From Lama glama (Eukaryota), in the NCBI GenBank assembly GCA_028534125.1, contig CM052817.1:74030001-74094000 (forward strand): DNA of 64,000 nt. Direction: 5' to 3'. Positions within the stretch are counted from its first letter, which is position 1. Each line of letters begins with the position of its first letter. The position numbers were made by a program, and so were the translations under genes. Positions 55,320 through 64,000 of this stretch are shown here, piece after piece. Below the pieces are notes generated by a model. That model saw only the letters and a list, made by a program, of their open reading frames with translations, had not been told where the DNA came from and made no database searches.

Positions 55320-56960
55320 AACACCCTTCTCCTTGGAGTTTTATGTCACCTGTCATAGTACCACCATCAGCCCCTCATCCCTATTATCCTCACCATTTAC
55401 ATATGGTCACCTTCAGCTCCCTCCCTCGACACATCCTCTGTCTTGTTATTTTCACTGAGTACACTGTCCATTTAGCTCTTCCCACACTCTATCCTTTCAG
55501 TTCCTTGAAGCAGTTCTGGGTGATGACAAGGTCAAAGACGTGGCTGAGGGTAGGAGAAGCTGCCACGAATTTAAGGTACAAGTAACTAAGCACATACATC
55601 AGAATTTGTGGCCACAGCCTGCCATTTTTCCTCAAAAAGAAACCCAGACCCTTGACTCCTTCTCTTCTTCTCATCTCCAAGCCCCTTCCTGATCTCACTG
55701 ATTGTGTCATCCAGCCCATGCGGAGGGGGTGATCACCAGAACACTCATCAATATTCTCAAATCTCATTTATGCCACTATTCCTCTTATACTGGGACTCTC
55801 CACTACTTCTCACACTGCCTACCATAAGTTTCACAGCCCCTTAGCTCCATGAGAATCTGACCTGCAAACTTCCTCCTACCTGTCTCATTCATAGGCACAG
55901 TTTTTCTCTCAGTCACCTCCTTAAGCTTTGCCATGCAATCAGGTAATCCTTTGTGAAAATAGTACTTCCTATGATTTAAACTGCCATGTCTGTGCCAATG
56001 AATATTAAACCTGGATGTCCTACAGCACCTTAAATTCGTGAACTTTCCTGTCTTTATCCCAAGACCTGCTTCTCCTCCCATATCCCAAATCTCATTTAAT
56101 AGTAAAATGAAGTCAACCAAGCCAAAAACCTGGCTAATCATCCTTGACCAATTTTACCCTCTTTTTTCTAATCAGTTAATAAGCTCTGTTAATTCTGCCT
56201 TCCAAATATTTCTTGAGTCATTCTATTTTTCATCCTTTCTACTGCTGCCATGGCCACATAATCTCTCAACTGGAGAAATACATTGGTTTCATGACTGATC
56301 ATCATTCTTCCAATTTTATCTCCCTCCACATTGCAATCAGCATGGTCTGTCTAAAAGGCAAATCTGACCATAGAACTTCCCTGCTAAAAATTCTTCCTTG
56401 GCTACCCATTCCCTATGTCAGGGCTTCTTACAATATCCAATTTGTACATATGATGAGTACGAGGTCAAGGCATCACTGACCTTCTCCCCTAAAGCTAAGA
56501 CTTCTTGGCCTGTAGCATATAGTGTCAAGTCCTTACCATGACACACATAGACCTCACGACCCGGCTCTTACTTAAAGAGCTCTCACTTTTCACTCCACAC
56601 AAACTGCCTTGGACTTTGGCTACTTGCATTATGTCTCCATGCATTTTTAATATGATTCCCTGCTGATAATGCCTAGATGGCCTTGATTTCGTTTTCCTTG
56701 AGCTTACACTTTATTCAAGAAAGAAGCCCAAGACTTCTCCAGGAAGCCTTCCCTAAAACCTACTCACAACACACTGTGCTTGTTTGATTTAAATTTCACA
56801 TGGCACTGAGACCATCTGCTATACACCTAGATCCCCAACTATATTCCAACATCAGAAATGGCAAGGACTATGTCTTTTTCTTTTGGTATCTCCAATGCCT
56901 AACATATGATCCTAACACTGTGCCTGAGACCTATTAGTAGCTCAAAACATTACTTGAAAG
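55320..56960 (+). mobile_element. Degenerate L2 LINE fragment(s)
   Basis: CT-rich L2-like motifs (cagcaccttaaattc, aaacctggctaatcatccttgac, gtgcctgag...tagtagctcaa); boundaries approximate. Confidence 0.55.
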
Positions 56961-58299
56961 GGAAGTAGCTTAATAAACATTATTGGGAAAGTGCAGATGC
57001 AAATATGAAATCAGTTAAAACAAGGAAGTGGTATTATACATAATACTTATTATAAAAATTTTCCTTTAAAGGGGGGATTTAAAACTTCTATCCTTCCAAT
57101 CATTTGCACATGTATTTTTTCTAACAAGTTATTTACCAAGTGTCTATGTATGACAGCCTATACTAGGTGAGGGATATGATGGTCTAGAAAATACACAATG
57201 TAGTAGGACATCACTAAGTATAAGCAAATACCTATGTGATACAAAAAAAGGATATCAATTCCAACTTTTGAAGCATAAATGCTTAGCTATTACTACAAAT
57301 AAGTCAGTGGAAAAATCAAACGAAAGCAGTTAAGACAATCAGAGTCTTCAAAAAAAAATAACATGTAACCACAGGATGTGGTCAATTCCCAGTTAGACCA
57401 CAAATATCTTGCCACTAGGTCACTGCATGCAGAGAAGACTATGATTAGAAATGTTTTTAGTCAGTGCCACTGTGTGCTGGTTTGTGAAAGAGAATCAGCA
57501 GGGTCTGGGATAGGTGATTAGATAAGGTCATGGTCCTATCAACTTATTCCACATAGCAAATTAAAGAAGGGTTCATGCAATACTTTTTGGCTTGTTGTTT
57601 TTTTTTTTTCTTTTTGGTTGCTAAGTTCCTGGACGAATGCCTTTCACACAGAAGTTAAACAATCGATGAATAAATGAATGCGTGCATGCAACACAAATGC
57701 TACTGGTCATGACCTCTGCCACCCAGATAACAGATTCACTTTGAGATTTAAATCACTTCTGGAGATGTTGAAGAAAGAGTAGAGAAGGGAGCTTTTCTGA
57801 ACTTAAGAGTCTGACTTCCTGCAGAATAGAAATCTTTAACAGAGGCTAGTAATGTTCCCAGGTGCACTTCTGGAAGATTCCATCATGTTATTTGATATTC
57901 TGAAATACTGAACAGAATTTCTATATACTTCCCACATTGTAAAATATGTTTTAATCTCTATTAATTATTCCATGAAGCTGTCACATTTTCCCTTCAATGT
58001 TATTTTCAGCTCTGATGAAGAAAAGAGAGATTCAGTCAGAAGAGGGAAGGACAGAGAGAAGTAAAGGCTCTTCCCAGGGAAAACGAACTAAAGATGTCAT
58101 CTTTTGAGTGTGAAATCAGCTAATTCTGGCCCAGTATAAGGAGCAGGCATCCCCTTCTTTTAAACCCATATCTTTATTTCTAAAATCCTAAGTATCCAAC
58201 ATTCTTTATACATTTGCTACATGTATGTTCAGTTAATTTCAAATGAGTCCAATTTACCTTGTCAAAATGACACTGAATTTTCTCTCCTTTTCACCTGCC

Positions 58300-58990
58300 C
58301 CCCCTACCCCACCCAAATTACTATCAGTTTTTTTTTTTTTCCTGAACTCCTGCAATATCCATTTCCCCTGCTTCCCCTTCTGACACACTGTTGCCAGTCA
58401 GAGTTGTGTAAAATGAAATTCCTCTGACACACTGCTGCCGGTCAGAGTTGTATAAAATGAAAACAGATCATTTAATGTCCCGGCTTTAAACTCTCTAGTG
58501 GTTTCTCACAGCACACAGTCTAACACCCTAACTCCCATCCTTGGCCTCCAAGGCCTTTTGAGCTCTGGCCCACCCCTGTCTTTCACGTTACTTTACATCC
58601 CCACGCCTGAGTCCTTGTGATGTTTTAAGCCACACTGATCTTCCTTTGGCTCCTTATTGAGGTCACTCATTTTTAGAGCTGTACTTGCTGTTCATTGTGG
58701 GTAGAGTCTCTACTTCCAGATCTATTCAATATTTAGGTTTCTGCTTCTGGTGCCTTATAGTGGCCCTTTCCTGATTACCCCATTAAATCAGCCATCAGCC
58801 CTTAGTCATGCCCCTTGTATCATCCTGTTGTCTTCACAGCACAAAAAATGATCTAAAATTATCTTGCTGACTTTACTTATTTATTTACTTCTGTCTTTTC
58901 TATCACCGTATTTCAAGGGCTTGGAAAGAATGTATGCATAGAGTAAGCATGAAATAAGTGTCTGTTGATTGAATTAATTAATCAATAATC
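58300..58990 (+). mobile_element. L2 LINE 3' fragment
   Basis: tttaaactctctagtggtttctcacagcac...ggcctccaaggcc...aataagtgtctgttgattgaatt. Confidence 0.6.
58379..58462. repeat. Tandem duplication of about 40 nt (period 44, 3 mismatches)
   Basis: tctgacacactgYtgccRgtcagagttgtRtaaaatgaaa occurs twice. Confidence 0.9.
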
Positions 58991-59084
58991 AGATGCATTG
59001 GCATCAACTAGAAAAAGCAGATCAGAGCCAAGGAAAGAACATTACAGCAAATACTGGATAGGATTTGAAATTGGTTAAAATGAC

Positions 59085-59310
59085 AAGCTTGGAAGCTAGC
59101 CATCTTGTGTCAGAATTGTGGGCCTGCTACTTAGCTAATACGTGTGACCCAGGAGAGCCACTTAACCTCTAAGCTTCAGTGCCTTCATCTGTAAAATGAC
59201 AATAAGTAGTACCTAATAGTACTGATGTAAACCTTAAGGAGTTAAAATAGTTGAAGAACATAAACAGTCTCAGGTATAGAGTAGGTACTTAATGAACATT
59301 AATTATGATT
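59085..59310 (+). mobile_element. MIR SINE
   Basis: tgtgacc...cacttaacctctaagcttcagtgccttcatctgtaaaatg core. Confidence 0.75.
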
Positions 59311-59510
59311 TTTAGTACTTCAATACACTGAGTCCACGTTGGTTACTATGCAGCAACCAGGTAACTAGGCATTATTGTACTACTGGGTATCAGGTTTACA
59401 AATTTAGAAGTGGAAGTGATTAACAATAACTTTATACTTAAAGTACAAGATTCTTAAAAAGAATGTATCTATATATTATGGATAGGTGTCTCAAATGATT
59501 TTTATGGCAA

Positions 59511-60155
59511 TTTTTTTATTGTGGTAAAATATATATAATGTAAAAGCTATCCTTTTCATCATTTTCAAGAAGACAATCTAGTGGCATGAAGCACATTCTG
59601 GATGTGTGACAATCACCACACTATCCACTTCAAAATTGTTTTTATCATCTCAAACAGAACTCTGTATCCAGTAAACAAACTCCCCATTCCCTCCTCTCCC
59701 TCAGCCCCTGGCAATCTGTACATCCTGCCCTATGAATTTGCCTATTTTAGGTACTTCATATACGAGGAACTATACACTATTTGTCCTTTTGTGTCTGGCT
59801 TATCTCACTTAGCATAATATTTTCAGGGTTCATTCATGTTGTAGCATGTATCAAAATCTCATTTATCTTTAAGGCTGAATAATATTGCATTGTATGTATA
59901 TAACACATTTCATTCACTTGTTTCTGCTAATGGACGCTTGGGTTGTTTCTACTTTTTGGCTATTGTGAATAATGCTGCTACAAACCTTGGTATAATAATA
60001 TCTGGGTCCCTGCTTTCAATTCTTTTGGGGATATCTCGAGAAGTTAAATTGCTGGATCATATGGCAATTCTAAGTTTAACTTTTGAGGAACTATCAAACT
60101 GTTTTCCACAGAGGCTGCACCACTTTACATTCCCATCAGCAATGCACAAGGGTTT
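59511..60155 (-). mobile_element. L1 (L1MB-like) 3' end
   Basis: tttttattgtggtaaaatat...tcacttagcataat...gctattgtgaataatgctgc...ttgctggatcatatgg. Confidence 0.88.
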
Positions 60156-62199
60156 TCTAATGATTCTGGTACAATGTAGGAAAATGGCTGAAAGGGCCAT
60201 TAAAATTTGTATATATCGATAAAGGTTAATTAAATATACATTCAAAGTTTCCTGTAGATATAGGCTACAGAACCATACAATATTACCATTACCAGAATTT
60301 TAAGCAATTCACTTCTAAATATCTCACACAATAATTTGGGAGAACTGGTTAATATTTTATTCAAGTCATTATAGCACAAGACCCTCTCCAAAGGGCAGAA
60401 TTCATACAATTCTATGATGTCTAAGATAATATCTCTATGGAAAATATAAATTGGCTTTTATCTTGCTGAAGCTTGGAAAAATCATTTGTAGCAACAATAA
60501 AATACATATGGGTAAATAGATTCTCCTAAGTGGTAAATATGATAAATAATATCAATGAAACAAGTTTACTCTTGTTTTTTCTTTCTAGTTAATATCATCT
60601 AATTATTAAAGAATGCAGTTCTAAACAGATCAGAAAATTCTCATCTCTATTTTTTCCATAACTTTACTATTTGAAACCTAGCTCATAATTCTCCACTATT
60701 TCAAAAGAGCTAAAATAACTTGCTGATATAACAAGGTGTACATCAAACCTGGTCATCAGATGAAGCACCCCTACTGCAAACTTAAAGGTATACTACTAAG
60801 AGAGCCATATGTTTCCATTCATTTACCTCTCTATGGGGCATTCAAATATTATAAAAATTAAGGCTATGATGTTTCATTCACTGTAATCAAATTAACTTTA
60901 AGAAAATCTCATTACTCATCTTTATAAAAAGATTTTAAATAATTAACTATTCCAAGATGAAAAACAAAAAAATCAAATCTACCTTGAGATATTTTATGAG
61001 AAACAGTGCTCCCCATCAACTAGGAGAAAGGCATTCATGCTTAGAGTGGCACAAATGAGTATAAGGAAGAAATGAACAGAAAATATAAAGATGAATACAA
61101 TCTAGAAATAATGCAATATTAAGACTTAGATACTGAGTGGCATTCAGAAAAATGTTTCTTACCCATAGGGTCCAAGTCAGACTTTGTTGAATTTTTGCTT
61201 TACCATTTACTATTCTCAGGGAAGTTATTTAACTTCTTTATCCATCATTTATAGACCAATAGTTGTTTTGGGTTTACATATGATAAAGTTGATTAGTATA
61301 CACAGCGAAATACTTGGCTTAGATTAAGAACTCAATGTTATCTATTTTTATTATTATTATAATGTTAGAAAAGCATGGACTTTTGCTGCATCAACCATTA
61401 CTACATCTTGCTTCTATTCTTGATGCATGAATAGGAATTTATAATAAAAAGTTTATTTATAAACCAAAGAATAAATTTGTGTGAAGGAAAAGTTTCAAAA
61501 GAATACCGTATCTTGTTCTAAATAAAAATACAGAGAATCATAAATTTAGAGCTTTTAACTGATTATATAATTTATTCCACTTGCCTTATTTAGCCAGAGA
61601 CACTATGGCACAGAGAAGATGGTGCATCCAAGGTCATACAAATAGACTATACATTTATAATAAGCAGATTTATGAAAATCTGAAGGTTTCAAACTTTTAC
61701 AATTTTGGGGGTCGGATTACTGCAATAAAAGAAGTATAAAATGCAAGTGCTTGCTCCCCCAAGAGATCCATCAACAAGGAAAATCATAAATGGGTATCCA
61801 AGCTTGGTAATTATAAGCACATATTTCCTAGCATAAGAATTTCATCTTTCCTAGGTCCCACTATCACTACACTTTTTTTGTATCTAATACTACATATTTG
61901 TGTCCTGATGCCTCTTTCTCATTATGTTCTCTTTTTTTTTGGAAGACCTATCAACTGCTGAGAGACAAGATGTCTTAAATGGTTTGGAAGAGTCAATATA
62001 CTTGAGACTTGGTCTTTTGAAAGATTAGACACATCTTGCTTCCTTTGTCATTGGTCCACCTTGTGTGTCCTTAATGGGAGACATACATACTTCCACTCCC
62101 ATAGCTGAAACACTGAGTTGGAAACATCAAGGTGGCCAACTACGAAAGGTGACTTTATGCCCTGAGGGCATTTGCTGTAATAGCTGACATTTAAAGAAA

Positions 62200-62430
62200 A
62201 AGGTATAGATTTATTAAGCACTTGCTCTGCTGGATACTTTGTGAACTTAGTCTTAGTTAATCCATTCAAACATATTATGAAGAAAATAATATTCTATCCA
62301 TTTTAGGGATGAAAAACATGAGGTTTGGTGCAGAAAAGTTACAGAAAATCACATAGCTAGAAGCGGCTGATCTGGGACACATATATGGATCTGAATTGAT
62401 GCTCCTGCTCCTAACCACAATGCTTACTGC
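62200..62430 (-). mobile_element. MIR SINE
   Basis: atttattaagcacttgct...tccattttagggatgaaaaacatgagg. Confidence 0.6.
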
Positions 62431-64000
62431 TTCCTACAATGATAACATACTGAATTTACATAGTTTTCACTATATTAAGTTAGCACTGTTTTTCTAGGCA
62501 CGGGTTTTTATCTTAGGCTATATTATATCTAATATTTATTTTATATCAATCATAGGGAATTATATTTGACGCTAGAAGAATGTAGAAGGCAATATATACG
62601 AAACAACTGCAAAATCTAAAATGAACACACAGCCAGACATTATTATTGGACAGTAATGGATATCTAACTTGAAAGCTTGAGCCAATGCCAAAAAATAAAA
62701 TTTCACTGTCTGAACAAGAGAAATCAAAAGTTCTGCTATAAACAAGATTCCCATACAGTTTTGCTCATGTTTAGGGAGGGAATTTGGTTTTGGAAAAAAA
62801 AGAACAAGTAAAGAAGGCCCCTTAGACTTAGCTAGGGGTGATTTGCCTTTGAGGATGAGGCTGACTTCAGTAACACTCTGCTTTGCCTCCCTCCTCCTCA
62901 CTGGGAAAGCTTCTGGGCCTCAAAGGGGCTACAAGCCCAGTGACCCTGTACAGACGGCAGGTCTTTATTCTCTGCAACTTGTCTTAGTCCCCTAACATTT
63001 TCAAAGAAAGGCACATTTATAGAAACTTCTAGGTCGGGTTGTTTCAAAGCTGCCTTGGAGAAAGTGCCAGTGAGCCAACTAAAGACTTTAGATAAAAATC
63101 CTTACAGAAATAAAAAGAAATATATACATTTGCACTTCAGTATAAATGAAAAAAGGTAACTAACTGTTCTGAGATCTAGCCTCTGAATATTAACATAAAA
63201 AGAGGGCTAACTTTAAAAAGGTTTATAATAGTAGGGAACGTAAGTAAATTAGAAGTCTGTGATTTGCATTAAAATATTTTCTTTTATTAAGCTTATTCTT
63301 TTAAGTAGAGTTCAAAATTGCTAATAGGTCATCATCTAAGTTGACAGAGAATTAGAAAACTCAAACTGTAAACATTCATATTAGTTAAAAAAAATCCTGG
63401 AAACTACATGATGTTAAACCAAATTAAACAGGATTATTTTTCCCAATGACATTCATAAAAACAGAAATGACAAGTGGGAAAAAAGACCAAGTTACATTAT
63501 TTTAATATTTTAATTATTATTTATGGATAGGTTTCTGATTTCTTTTTGTAAAATCTGTCTATAACTGTGATACCTATGTAGACACATATTTACATATGTC
63601 TGTTGAGTCTAGCAATCTATATTACCTCTTTTCTATGAGACACGCTAATTTCATAAATGTTATTAACAGAACATAAGCTGCACTACAGAAGTGGGAAAAC
63701 CACTTTGGACACAATAAACTCAATTAGCTCAAAAAACATGCTCTCAAAAAACATCAAGCACTCACATCAATCTCCTTCACAGGGAGAGACATGTTGACCC
63801 TAGTTGGTGCAAGATTATTTTACTTCAAGACAGGTAAAAACAAGGACCCAACAACGTCCTTAAACAAAAAATAAAAGTAACAGTCTCAATAGCTGGGTTT
63901 TTTTTGTTGTTGTTGTTTGTCTTTAAATCTTTGGCTACAGTACCATTTAAGAGATGGTGCCTTTTTCCTCTCCACAGGATGGCTTACCAAACCAGATACT

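Noticed and set aside
63955..64000. Minus-strand donor (TTTG|gtaagc) as the end of exon 4; also a plus-strand acceptor-like ttcctctccacag
   Set aside because: The upstream bases do not encode the expected ...YLVFDL of exon 4. Isolated splice-like motifs are common, and the context is cut off by the window edge.

Overview
Mammalian genomic DNA, AT-rich and mostly intronic. The SINE and L1 types suggest an artiodactyl, probably a camelid (inference). The whole window lies inside CAMK2D (CaMKII delta), transcribed on the minus strand. Eleven exons can be read with exact GT-AG borders: exon 5, two paralogous 73-nt copies of exon 6, exons 7-13, and the 33-nt NLS cassette exon 14 (KRKSSSSVQMM). Exon numbers follow the human gene by homology. 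Positions 41025-64000 are part of the long intron 4. The rest is L1, L2, MIR, MER and SINE debris. Most notable: (i) a mutually exclusive exon-6 pair that swaps the catalytic-loop exon, with a TGCATG and an ACTAAC motif in the second acceptor and a 14-bp hairpin between the exons; (ii) a U6/L1 chimeric retrocopy; (iii) an L1 fragment inserted between a candidate branch point and the exon 5 acceptor; (iv) a candidate MIR-derived poison exon in intron 8; (v) three ARE/MARE-core motifs. I found no prokaryotic-type system. Apart from exon and L1 overlaps, the ORF track is non-coding noise.
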